Below, one piece after another: positions 52,418 through 64,000 of a stretch of DNA of 64,000 nucleotides. The position numbers and the translations under genes were made by a program. This DNA is from Squalus acanthias (taxonomy: Eukaryota). The DNA lies in NCBI GenBank assembly GCA_030390025.1, contig CM059438.1:63056001-63120000 (forward strand), read 5' to 3'. Positions within the stretch are counted from its first letter, which is position 1, and each line of letters starts with the position of its first letter. The notes beneath the pieces are model-generated. The model worked only from the letters and a program-made list of their open reading frames with translations, was not told where the DNA came from and ran no database searches.

Positions 52418-53995
52418 GAATACACCTCCCTCCATTCTTGGATACCATCTAGTTGGATACCGTCAGCTCAAGAATGGAAGCAGGTCAGCTACCAGTGTCT
52501 TGGGTAGGCAACAATATGTAACTTGTGGGGATTGAAAGCAAAGTACAAATTAAATGTATGTGAACCGTCAAATGTACAAAAATCAGACCACGCTTCTAGA
52601 CAGAAAAGAACATGAGGGGCAGATTTTCCCATCAGCAAGTTATTGTAAATGGGTTAATGCCTGCCTAAGATTAATGCACAGAGGAATGGAGTAAGAGGAT
52701 ATTAAGCAATCTTTTGTGAGATCCACCGATTAAAAAAAAAAAAAATACTCTTAGATCCAAGGAAATTTGTTGTGTTTTAAAGAAAAATGAATTCATCATG
52801 CTCAGTCTCACTCCTGAGTTGCAAGCCGAATCCAACACCCCCTCCTCCCCCAGTCTTGTCTGGTCTTGCTAGAAAGAGATTATTTGTACTGGTTGGAATG
52901 CATAGAGTAGAGAACTGGGAGCTTATTAGCATAAGTAGAGATATAGCGAGAGGCGTTCTGTAGGAGCTCGTTAAAACTTAATATCAGCAGATGGAGAGCC
53001 TGCTCTTGCAATCTTGCAGCAGCAACTGTAAAAAAAAAAAACACACCATAATAAAATATTTAATTCAGCTACCGGCAGTGTGCAAATGCTTTTATACTTC
53101 AGATGATGAGAGCAGAGGAAGAGACATCCATCCCAGCTCTGAAATAAAGGCTGGCTTCAGTTTATTTGCAAAAAATCTCTTCCCTCCGTTTCATTGAATT
53201 TACATAATCTCACGTGTTTTGAGGAGGATTTTTTTTAGTTTCTAAATGGTGCAAGTTAATGGAAAGTAGGCTTTTGCCATCACATCAGATTCTTAAAGGC
53301 AAAACTGAGAGTGGGTAACAGCTCCTAACAACCTACCCCTGATTCACTTAACGCACTCAACAGACAGGAAGGCTTTACTGCTTTTGTGAGCAACCATTGA
53401 ACAACGAAGGGGAAAGCTAAGTAATAATTAAAACTCAGATGTTGTCCATCAATTCAGCTTCCTTTGTATTGGTTCTCAATAGTACCTTGCAACCAGTTCC
53501 CCTTGAGTCACCAACACACTATTTTTAAACAAAAATGTATCATAAAAGAGAATGTGGGGACAAATGATTGAGCGTGGCAAAAGTTGTCAAAAATTTTCAG
53601 AACAGTGGCAAATGGTGTTGATGACGAGCAGTGATAGGAGATACTTGGAGGTGTCAGCTAGTCCCCAGTCCCTTTTCTCTCACTGGCACTTCAGTCTTCA
53701 TCAAGGATTAGTCATTCTCCCGTGGTGATGTACAGGAGGAGCCAAGACCAAGTTAGTCTTTAGGTGAAGTGGTGTTAGGGGGCAGGAGATACACTGGATC
53801 AAGGCATGACGATGTAACTTGATCTCCATTTTAAATCATATATTCTGTCCTAATTTTGTATAATACTTCAAATTGATGATATTTATTGTGAAATATGGAC
53901 AATTTGGGAAGCAGAGAAGTCGAGTTAATTTGAACACAAGAATTTCTGTGCAGTATACGCTGGGGGACTGGCGCCACCACTGCCAGGAGGGTGGA

Positions 53996-54592
53996 ATTAC
54001 ATAGGATATACGGCACAGAAACAGGCCATTCGGCCCAACCAGTCCATGCTGGCGTTTATGCTCCACTCAAGCCTCCTCCCATTCTTCCTCATCTAACTCT
54101 ATCAGCGTAACCCTCTATTCCCTTCTCCCTCATATGCTTATCTAGCCTCCCTTTAAATGCATCTATACTGTTCGCTTCAACCACTCCCTGTGGTAGCAAG
54201 TTCCACATTCTCACCACCCTCTGGGTAAAGAAGTTTCTTCTGAATTCCCTATTGGATTTCTTGGTGACTATCTTATATTGAAGGCCTCTAGTTTTGCTCT
54301 TCCCCACAAGTGGAAACACTCTCTCTGTGTCTACTCTATCAATACCTTTCATAATTTTAAAGACCTCTATTAGGTCACCCCTCAGCCTTCTCTTTTCAAG
54401 AGAAACGAGACCCAGCCTATTCATCCTTTCCTGATATGTATAACGTCACATTTCTGGTGTCATCCTTGTAAACTTGTTTGCACCCTCTCCAGTGCCTCTC
54501 TATATGCATTTTATAACATGGCGACCAGAACTGTACACAGTACTCCAAGTATGATCTAACCAAGGTTCGATACAAGTTTAGCATAACCTCTC
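53996..54592 (-). mobile_element. CR1 LINE 3' fragment
   Basis: ORFs LYRTLVRSYLEYCVQFWSP and RRLRGDLIEVFKIM...FFTQRVVRMWN. Confidence 0.9.
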
Positions 54593-55419
54593 TACAGCAC
54601 GACCAGCTTATAAAGTCCATTTACATTACAAATGTGAACATAGAAATTATAAGAAGAAAAGTTGACAAAGAAAGTAAGGTTTTATAGACAGGAAATGCAA
54701 ACAGACGTAGCATTTTTAATATATTATAGATGTGCTTTAAGGTGCCAGTGATCTGCTTCTCTCTGCCACCCTAATGGTGAAGAAAATGTTTAGCTCGTAC
54801 AATAACAGCTAGCTTTGCCGTTAGCATGTACTCGTGTCTGCTTCACTTGCCAGCACTTCAATTCAGACTCCAATTCTAAACAGTATTGATGAGTAGAGTG
54901 CGTGGTGACTAAAAGGCCAATTGGTTACTGTGTCGCTATGAGAAATGTAGAACGCCTGCACTTGAAACCATGCTCTCGATGGTGAATAGGGAAACCAGCC
55001 GGGGAAACTCTGCTGTCTGGTGGAAATTGATCCGTCTACTATGGGATGTCAGCGCATCAGATCTCTTGCCTTACTTGTGGTGGGACAGCTGACCGCACCT
55101 CTTCTACTCTTCTTACTTGCTTGGCCGAGTGTGCAGATTTGCTGTATGTAACCAGGTACTCGGTGGTGCATCAGAACACCCCGGTGTGATTTCTGCACTT
55201 TTCTTCTCTCTGCTGAGGGAAGTGCCTGGCCTTCACTCGGTGCCTCTCCACAGCAGCATGGCTGACATTGCAAAGCTGTCTGTTTTGGAGAGACGTCAAG
55301 CACAAGTGTCACCAAATCTCCTTTTTGAGGTCAACAATTTGGAATCATACGTATGAATTCCATTAATTCTCGGAAATGTTAGTTAATAAGTTTGCTTGTG
55401 TCTTTTTTTTTTCCTCCAG

Positions 55420-55548
55420 GCTAATGAAACATTTGCCTTCGTTGGAAATGTTACACACTACGCCACAGTCTGGCTGAACATTTCCTCAGAGATCCGCACG
55501 TTCCTGGAAGAAGGCAAGCTACAGAATCGCATCAGCTGGCTACAGCAG
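55420..55548 (+). CDS. ABCA2: ABCA2 internal coding exon (129 bp, phase 0-0), [43 protein letters not shown]
   Basis: T-rich tract with ctccag| acceptor, CAG|gtacgt donor; ABCA2 motif [15 protein letters not shown]. Confidence 0.97.
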
Positions 55549-56554
55549 GTACGTGCGATCGTGGACCTTATCAATTTGTAACACAGCAGGGTATATGAAG
55601 CCAGAACGGCAGACAAGATTTAATGACCTTTCTGCACATTTCTGTCAAATGGTGACTGAAGAGCAATATAATCCTTTCAGTGAGCAAAATGACTTGGGGG
55701 TTGACATCAATTTATATGCTGACTTGAAAGGCATTTATATAACATATCAGCACAAATCACCTGTGCCACTGGTAGCATTAACTGGAACTCATCAGGCTGT
55801 CATCAGGGAATGAATGAACCATTTCACCAACACAAACCTATTCAGAAGGAATGGAGCTCTATTATCCGTTAGCATGACCAGAAGAGTTGCTTATTACAGA
55901 TTTGACGATCTTAAAAAATAATTGGGACGTGGAAAACAGTTGCACACAAGTTTTGCATCAATTCAAGTGTGTATTTATAACCACACTGACTTCACTGTGT
56001 TTAACCAGAGCACTTTAGGTTGAAGTGCTTCAAGAAGCAGTGTTCTGAGAGGGATTTGAGGACAAAGAATGTTATATGCTATTTAAAATAAGAGCTATGG
56101 TATCTTAAATTTTAAGAGAGATCCTTTTTTGATGCCATATTTTCTCCCTTTGTTTCTCCCCTTCACTCCCAGCAGGGGTGACTCCTTGGTAGGGAACAGC
56201 TCAAAAGGTAACTCCCAGCAACCTTCCAGTACTTCACCTGCATGCCCATTCTTAATGGGTGAGCCTTGATAATGAGTGTGGATGAGCTATTTGAGCATGG
56301 GGATACTGCAGCCAAGCCTAGTTGTGACCCGTCTTCACTTGTTGTGACATACCCTTATCCGTTTTCCATATTGCCACACTTGCAGGCATCCACTACAAAT
56401 ATTACTACCCTCCAGAGGACCCCTTGCTAGCATTGTCACACTCCCGGGACCCTCTGTGAACATAAGTACACTCTCAGGGAGCCCCTGTCGTAACATCCAA
56501 AAAAACAGTGTCCACTACCCAAGGCAAACAGTCCAATCACTGCAGGTGTTTGAC

Positions 56555-57305
56555 TTGGCTCAGTATTAGCAGTCTCAAGTCAAAACGTCATGGTTCAAAC
56601 CCCACTCCAAGACTTGAGCAGATAATCTCGACTGACACTCCAGTGCATTGCTGAGGGAGCGCTGAGAGAGGTGCCGCCTTAGGATGAGACGTTAAACCAA
56701 GGTCCCTCTCAGGTAGACGTAAAAGATCCGGCGGCACTATTCGAAGAAGAGCAAGGGATTTCCCCATGTGTCCTGGCCAACATATTTATTCTTCTGCCAA
56801 CATATTTATTCCTCTACCAACACCACTAAAGTAAAACATTTAATTGGTCATTTATCTCATTGCTGTTTGTGCTGTACTCCTATGATCCCTACATTAGGTC
56901 TTCAAAATTATGAAAGGTTTTTACAGAGTGGATACAGAGAGAGTGTTTCCACTTGTGGGGAAGAGCAAAACTAGAGGCCATCAATATAAGATAATCACCA
57001 AGAAATCAAATAGGGAATTCAGAAGAAACTTCTTTACCCAGAGAATGGTGAGAATGTGGAACTCGCTACCACAAGGAGTGGTTGAAGCAAATAGTACAGA
57101 TGCATTTAAGGGGCGGCTAGATAAGCCTATGAGGGAGAAGGAAATAGAGGATTATGCTGATAGAGTTAGATGGGGAAAGACGGGAGGAGGCTCGAGTGGA
57201 GCATAAACGCCGGCATGGACTGGTTGGGCCGAATGGCCTGTTTCTGTGCTGTATATCCTATGTTACAACAGTGACTATACTTCAAAAGTACTTCATTGAC
57301 TGCAA
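56555..57305 (+). mobile_element. Deu-type SINE interrupted by a CR1 3' fragment (~56900-57263)
   Basis: SINE head ttggctcagtattagc...ggttcaaaccc; the SINE resumes after the CR1 tail at tacaacagtgactatacttcaaaagtac. Confidence 0.82.
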
Positions 57306-58933
57306 GTCTTTACTTCCATCCTTTTTCATGTTCCTAAGGCTTTGTTAAACCCTGTGCACGACCATGCCCAGGATCTGCAGTCTGCCATTTTAAAGCTCGC
57401 ACATTTGTGCCGCTGCATTGACTTCAAAGCAATACCAAGGGTGCCGCACCATTGGTCTGTAAATGTATTGTGCTGAAAAAGAAAACCGAAGACAAGTTCT
57501 TATTATTAACGGCACAGGATTGTCCATCCACACAGATGGAAACGTCTAGTAAATTAATTCAACTGTTCCAAATTGTGAATATCCTGTTCATGTTCACTGG
57601 ATGTTTCCTCACGCGTCAAATGGGAGGGATGTTCTGACCATGAGAGCAGCAGCCCTCGTGCAGTCCCAGCAGGGGGATTGAGAGTGTGGCTAAGGCGTTG
57701 ATGCAGGCCAACCAGCCATGAAGTGTAGATGGAATAGGGAAGAAATCATGTTTAAAATGAGAAGTACCAGATCTTGCTGCACATTTTTTAATACTGTCTG
57801 ACCTAAATACGTACCTCGACTCAATAAAAAAATCTTTTTTTTGAAATGAAGGAGCCATATACTCGAGGCATGTCATTTTAAGTATTGAATAAATGAGAAT
57901 TTGGCGTCCCTTGAAAAAGATGTTGAGGAATATTTAATAATAAATTACGGTATGCTTCTCCGTATTTCCATAAAAATATAATCCAACCTATGGTTCCTCA
58001 GGACTGTAATTGTGAATCATGATAGAAGTCTCCTGAAAGGAGCTTGCACCTCACCAGGAGTCAGTGAGGGCTGAGAATTACTGACCGAATGATGCATTTC
58101 CACATCAAACCTCATGCAGGGTACGCTGTGTGTTTAGGATTTGAGAAAGGACAATGCGTGAGGAGGGCCAAATAATTCAGATCTCCAGCTCCCGAAACAC
58201 GGTTGGAATAACGAATCTTGCGAAACAAATTTAAATTTCTCGCTCATTGATTTGCCGCGACTGTGAATTGTTTTTTTTTGTTGTAATTCTTAAAAAGGAG
58301 GCAAAAAAAGAGCAACGTGACCGATCCCGAGTATAAAAGGATGAGCAATGACGAGCTGCCTAGAGAGAAGGCAGTTACAGGAGAACTCATTAAATTATAT
58401 AAAATATTAAATAGTTTAGAGAAGGTAAATGCTGATTAAAAACCTCAAACTACACCGAGAAGGGACACATTTCTAAATTTAGAACAGAAAACGGAAAAAC
58501 CTTAACTCAAGGACAAATAAACGCTTAAGATAACCAAGTCCATTCACTATATATACAATGCAGCCATAACATGGTGTAGCAAATTCTTCTTGTGGACAGA
58601 TCAGGGCAAATATCTAGCATTGGTAATACAAGTATCCACAAGATTAAAAGTACAGAGAAAAAGAAAGAAACAAAAGAAAGAAAGTCACTTGTAATGCAGG
58701 AAATGCGGCAGCCAATTTGTGCACAGCAAGCTCCCATATTCAGCAATCTGATAATGACCAGACAATCTGTTTTTAGTGACGTTTGTTGCGGGATAAATAA
58801 TAGCCCGGACACTGGGAAGAACTTCCCTGCTCTTTGAAATAGTCATGATGAGGAGATGCTGGTGTTGGACTGGGGTGGACAAAAGTGAGAAGTCGCACAA
58901 CACCAGGTTATAGTCCAACAGCTTTATTTGAAA

Positions 58934-58970
58934 TCACAAGCTTTCGGAGCGCTGCTCCTTCGTCAGGTGA
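58934..58970 (-). ncRNA. Mirror copy of the minimal hammerhead motif
   Basis: Exact reverse complement of 59134-59170. Confidence 0.75.
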
Positions 58971-59133
58971 AGTGAAGAAATACATATGGGCACAGCATAT
59001 ATAGTCAGAGAACAATGCCAGACGACTACAGTTAATCTTTCTAACTGTGATAAAGGGCAGTTAGAAAGATTAACTGTAGTCGTCTGGCATTGTTCTCTGA
59101 CTATATATGCTGTGCCCATATGTATCCTTCACT

Positions 59134-59170
59134 TCACCTGACGAAGGAGCAGCGCTCCGAAAGCTTGTGA
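59134..59170 (+). ncRNA. Minimal type I hammerhead ribozyme motif (PLE type)
   Basis: TCAC-CTGACGA-A-GGAGC-agc-GCTCC-GAAA-GC-TT-GTGA: stem I, core, stem II and palindromic AAGCTT in place of stem III. Confidence 0.75.
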
Positions 59171-60253
59171 TTTCAAATAAAGCTGTTGGACTATAACCTG
59201 GTGTTGTGCGACTTCTCACTTTGAAATAGTGTTATGGGATGTTTTACGTCCACCTGAAAGGGTGGACAGGGCCTCGGTATAATGTCTCATCTGAAAGCTA
59301 GCATCTCCAACAGTGCAGCACTCCCTCAGCACTGCACTGGAGTGTCAGCCTAGATTTAGTGCACAGGTCCCTGGAGTGGAACTTGCACCCACCACCTTCT
59401 GACTCCGAGGCGAGAGTTGCTGCCCACCGAGCCACGGTTGACACCCGTTACGCAATCGGGATGGGATGCAGTGCTTGTGATGACAGATGCCAGGATCCAT
59501 AAAACCTCAGGGTCCCAGATGCCACTGAGAGCTTGGAGTTCACCACCTTCACGTTGTTGGGTGCTGTCAGTGGCAGGAGTTTTTTTTACCACCAACAGCA
59601 AATTATCAAGGTGAAAACTGTCATCGCAGTTTGCATTCACTTCAAATAATGGGAATAAAAAGGGTGAAATGTTGTGTGTTCTACAATTCCAGGCTGTTCT
59701 GAAACCATCTGTGACGGTGTTAATGTAGTAGACATGTTGTCAGATATTATTCTTCATCTCAGGACTAATCATAGTCCTAATTAAGATCAGAAACAGAGAG
59801 TTGAAATCCAGAATCAAAATCCGACTTCAAGAAATCTGCTGGGATTTGATTGTGTGCCAGTGGATTTTTCACTGAGCAATTGCTTCTTGTTTATGGTAAT
59901 AAGTGGCATAATTCTGTTTGATTTCAGCTGCCACAGAATTGTATTTGAGCTGTGCAATACTTTATTCCGCACCTAAACATTTCCCATTCTGATGCTTTCA
60001 AAGTCCATTGGCATGGCTAGCTGAGAGAAAGCTATATTAACAAAAGAAAGTGCCAAACGTTTTAGCCCAATGAGGAAAGCTTAAACTTCTTTTAAAATAA
60101 ATTAAATAGATGACTCTTTTCATATCCTTCATGTTACACATTCGGATCCAGGAGGGATATTGGTGGGGGCGTAAACTGGGCGATAGTGGATCGGGCACCC
60201 GTTACACACCTCACCTGATTTTGAAGTAATGAAAAGGAAAATTGGACGGGATG

Positions 60254-60368
60254 CAATGTTCCCTCGAATTCTTTTTTGGAGCTGCACGGCCCATTCAAAA
60301 ATCTGCGCACGCCGGTGTTTCGGTTGCGTGGGAGTTCCAGCGTGTTGTGCAGCTTAAAGGGAACATTG
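60254..60368. mobile_element. 115-bp hAT-like MITE
   Basis: TIRs caatgttccct / agggaacattg; 8-bp flanks ACGGGATG / GCGGGATG. Confidence 0.82.
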
Positions 60369-61536
60369 GCGGGATGTATAATGGGCGGTCGATCCCCACT
60401 GCTCTTTTTGAGCCCCTATCGAAGTCGCAATTCTTCCTCAAGGTTTAAGTTTTTTTTAAAAACACACTACTTTTTACAGTGAATGATTCAGATAGCTTTT
60501 GTATCTCTAAAGGTGAAGCTATACTACACTTGGTGCTTAGTGGGGATGGCCTTGCATCTTGTGACTTTAATGCCCTAAGAAGTCTCCTGAGCGACACTGC
60601 CACTTTTGTGTTGATGCACACCCAAAATTATTTTGCATCAATTCAAAAATGGTCGTGTAACTGCAGTCTTCGTATAGACTTCTGTGCTCAGTGTTTGTGC
60701 TCAAAGTGGTGAGGGGTGTTGGCTTTTGGAAATGGAACTTTTTCCATTTTAGGCATCTAGTGTCAGCATCAAGCAGTCCAGGGTCAGGTATATCACTGTC
60801 AACTGCAGACTGAACAGTAGACTTTAATCCCAGCTTCAGAAGACCTCCCTGCCTGCACAGTGTGAGAGAATTGTTTTCCCACCACCGGTTATCCTTATGA
60901 CTTTGTTGGGTGGGTGTGCCAATTTAGCGCCAAGTTTTCTTGAATTATGAGCACTTTGTGCCTTCTGGACTTGAGACTGTTTTATTTAAGACCCTTGGAC
61001 AGAGAGAGGAGACTTTGATTGCATCAGTCTAGTCCGAGTATCTACTCCAGTTCCAGAAGCGAAGCCTTGAATGTCATTTTTTAAACGGAGCAGTTTCTTT
61101 TAACCTTGATGGAAGTTGGGAAATAGCTTGACTGTCACCATTTCTCTGAACATTGAACCAAAACGTGACCACAGAACTATATACAATAACTGTGTTATTG
61201 GTATATTTTAAGACTTTTAAGTGGACCGATTAAGCATAAAGTAAATGCTGGCAATAAAACTTAAGGGGATATGTTATCCAATCCGTGTTACTCCATTTAT
61301 TTTAAACAGTGATGTTAAAGTAACACCGATCGAAAAATGCACTCCCCGTGTTGACTCTGACTTCAAAACATTCGCCAACCAATCTGTCTGTTAATATGCT
61401 GCCTATTTAGAGATTCACTTTGTAAGTGGAGTCAGTTGAATCCGATGTAGAACCACAGAAATGGGATCTGCCGCTGTGCGAGACATATAAGCCGTACACT
61501 TCTAACCTTTTGCTCCCTTTTTTTTTGTTTTTGCAG

Positions 61537-61704
61537 TTCACCTCCGATCTGAAAAGGCATCCGGAAGTGCTGAACGCCTCCGATAGCGACATCATCAGGA
61601 ATTTCATCAACAGCAACTTCTCCATGCCGAACTCCAGCACCCTGCTCCAGCAGCTGGACACCATTGATAACGCAGCCTGTGGCTGGATCCAGTTCATGTC
61701 CAAG
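61537..61704 (+). CDS. ABCA2: ABCA2 internal coding exon (168 bp, phase 0-0), FTSDLKRHPEVLN...LLQQLDTIDNAACGWIQFMSK
   Basis: ttttgcag| acceptor, AAG|gttagg donor; motif LLQQLDTIDNAACGWIQFMSK. Confidence 0.97.
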
Positions 61705-62107
61705 GTTAGGATGCAAGCGGCCACTTAAACTGGTGTGGGCCCAGGCTGCAGAGTTTTGTTGGAAAAATAAAACTTGTTTCCTGGAATCATCTGCGCTGGT
61801 TAAATCTCCGCGATGGACACAGCAGAACAACCTGTGCAGCTGTTGCAACGAATGAGTTGGTTTAACTTGCGTGGAAAAGGTTAATTCAATGTGCAACAAG
61901 AATGTAAAACCAGAGGGCATAAATGGAAATGAGTGAAAAGCAAATTTATATAGATATATTAGGGAACATTTTACTGAAAGAATAGATGTTTGGAATCATC
62001 TGCCAAATAAGGTAAAAATATTAGGTTGTTTAAAATACAATGGGTCCATGATGGGAAAATTAGTTCACTAGAGGATGATCTTTGATGTGCAATACGGCCT
62101 TTTTATA

Positions 62108-62540
62108 CGAACATCCGAATTAGGAGCAGGAGTAGGTCCACTCGGCCCCTCGAGCCTGCTCCGCCATTCAATAAGATCATGGCTGATCTGATTACTCCAC
62201 ATTCCCTCCTACCCCCAATAACCTTTCACCCCCTTGCTTATCAAGAATCTATCTACCTCTGCCTTAAAAATATTCAAAGACTCTGCTTCCACCGCCCTCT
62301 GAGGAAGAGAGCTCCAAAGACTCACGACCCTCTGTGAGAAAAAATTTCTCCTCATCTCTGTCTTAAATGGGCGACCCCTTATTTTTAAACAGTGACCCCT
62401 AGTTCTAGATTCTCCCACAAGAGGAAACATCCTCTCCACATCCACCCTGTCAAGTCCCCTCAGGATCTTATATGTTTCAATCAAGTCACCTCTTACTCTT
62501 CTAAACTCCAGCGGATACAAACCTAGCCTGTCCAACCTTG
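62108..62540 (-). mobile_element. CR1 LINE 3' fragment
   Basis: ORF 62209-62535 RRVRGDLIETYKIL...FFSQRVVSLW. Confidence 0.9.
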
Positions 62541-63010
62541 ATTTTTCTTAGAAAACTTTTTATATTTGTTTACTTTTGAGTGGTAAATTATTTTGAATCT
62601 CTGGGTCGCACATTAAACCCCAACTCAAGCAGCGGGCATGCAACCTGCTTCCAGGCCCCTACCAATGCCACTTGTAATCAACTGGTAAGTGTACAAGAAT
62701 GGCCTGAGATGGACTCTCCCAGTCTTTTCTCCCCCAGCCCTGTGTTGAACTGCCTATCCTCGGCCCACTGCTCTGTGATTCCCCAGAAGATAGGATTGAT
62801 CTTGTAGACCTTCACTTTCTCTCAGGATGGACCATTTGCAACTGTACTATTATCAGCCTATCCAAGAAGTTCACCCATTGAGGGCAGGTGAGATTTAGTA
62901 CCCTTCTAGGCTGGGATTTAGTTTCAGCATCTGCTGGAGATTCTGGGAAACTTTGTCTGCACGCTGTTGCTATCATGGCGGTGATTTTGTTCGCTGTGTT
63001 GTTTCTACAG

Positions 63011-63107
63011 GTGAGTGTGGACATTTTTAAAGGCTTCCCCAATGAGGAGAGTATTGTGAACTACACCTTAAGCCAGGCATATCACGACAATGTCACAGTG
63101 TTTGCCA
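63011..63107 (+). CDS. ABCA2: ABCA2 internal coding exon (97 bp, phase 0-1), [32 protein letters not shown](S)
   Basis: tttctacag| acceptor, GCCA|gtaagt donor; motif [20 protein letters not shown]. Confidence 0.96.
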
Positions 63108-64000
63108 GTAAGTATTTTATATTTGCAGCTAACCTTTTGTAACAATGCAAGCGGTTTAAAAATGATTATAACAAGAAGCAAATATTCTTTTCCTCCCCCT
63201 CTTATTGGGATATTTACACTCCTATTAAGGCAATCCCCCTTTATTCCATGACCAGATCCATGCACATGTTACAGCTGAGAGGGGTGGGTGGCATGTCTAA
63301 GCTAACGGCCAAGAGGTGCAGGACAGCAATAAGTGGAGACTCGCCTTTTTAAAATTTTCTCTAGCCAGAGATCCAGCACTCAGCAAAGCCCAGGATCAAA
63401 CCTGTGTCCCCTTGTTTCATGGCACTATATGTTGATGCTCAGCCAAATTGCCTGGAGGCTAGTTGTTTTTTTCCCCCCCAGACAGTTTGGATGATTGTAC
63501 AAAATTACTGCACGCATTTTGGAAACATTATTTCTCAGTGAGTGAGATCGAATGTGATCTGCTGTTGGGTTCCTACCAGGGGCAATAATTGACTTCATTC
63601 CAATGCTATGAAATGAAGACTAACATGTTCGGATATGAATTGTTGCAATTGTTTCTCATGTATGTTAGCAGCAGGGTCGTTGTTGATGGTACTGATAAAG
63701 AACAGCAACATAGTAATCCAGGGCAGAGGCTGCAGTGATGCCTGTTTACAATCTCCTTTGGGGCTGATTTCAGTTGGTCGTGGATACTTGGGCCCTGAAC
63801 ATCCACGTGCTTCTCTTGGTCTTCCGCCGAAACTACGATGGGAAACCGGAAGAGCTCCTGCAGAATTTGAAGACCACAATCTCTTGATACAGCTTCAGCT
63901 CTAAATCTTTAGTACATTGTTGAGGCTCGTCAGTCGAAACAAGTAGTTTTTGGGACACGATTCAATGTATGTTGTCCTTCACAGGGATTACCTCTGGAAT

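Larger units (their letters stand above)
58844..59222. mobile_element. Fold-back Penelope-like insertion: ~165-bp inverted arms, 10-nt loop, 11-bp TSD
   Basis: Arms 58882-59047 and 59058-59222 differ by one substitution and one indel; TTTGAAATAGT at 58833-58843 and 59220-59230. Confidence 0.88.
58685..59445 (-). mobile_element. Deu-type SINE interrupted by a fold-back Penelope-like insertion
   Basis: SINE sequence on both sides of 58844-59222, continuous across the duplicated site. Confidence 0.85.

Noticed and set aside
63911..63950. Hammerhead-like motif ttgttga-ggct-cgtc-agtc-gaaac
   Set aside because: Two mismatches in the CUGANGA core and no convincing stem I.

Overview
Eukaryotic (vertebrate) genomic DNA. 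The repeat content (CR1/HER1-like LINEs, Deu-type tRNA SINEs, Penelope-like elements) points to a cartilaginous fish, probably a shark; this is inference. The window lies inside an ABCA2 gene on the + strand. Six consecutive internal coding exons (28045-28263, 31261-31577, 37635-37794, 55420-55548, 61537-61704, 63011-63107) have canonical AG/GT ends, splice in one continuous frame and encode part of the first luminal domain. The rest is transposon-rich intron: a triple nest (Harbinger > RTE > near-full-length CR1 inserted in the RTE YADD codons), a second Harbinger with a spliced Myb-like gene, a jockey/CR1-group LINE family, L2 and CR1 3' fragments, SINEs, several MITEs and a 19-copy 29-bp minisatellite. 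The most unusual signals are three fold-back Penelope-like insertions with a shared architecture and TSDs (one has mirror-image minimal hammerhead ribozymes), an inverted CR1 pair around an in-frame ABCA2 exon, and an exon whose start recreates a perfect 5' splice site. No CRISPR array or prokaryotic system is supported.
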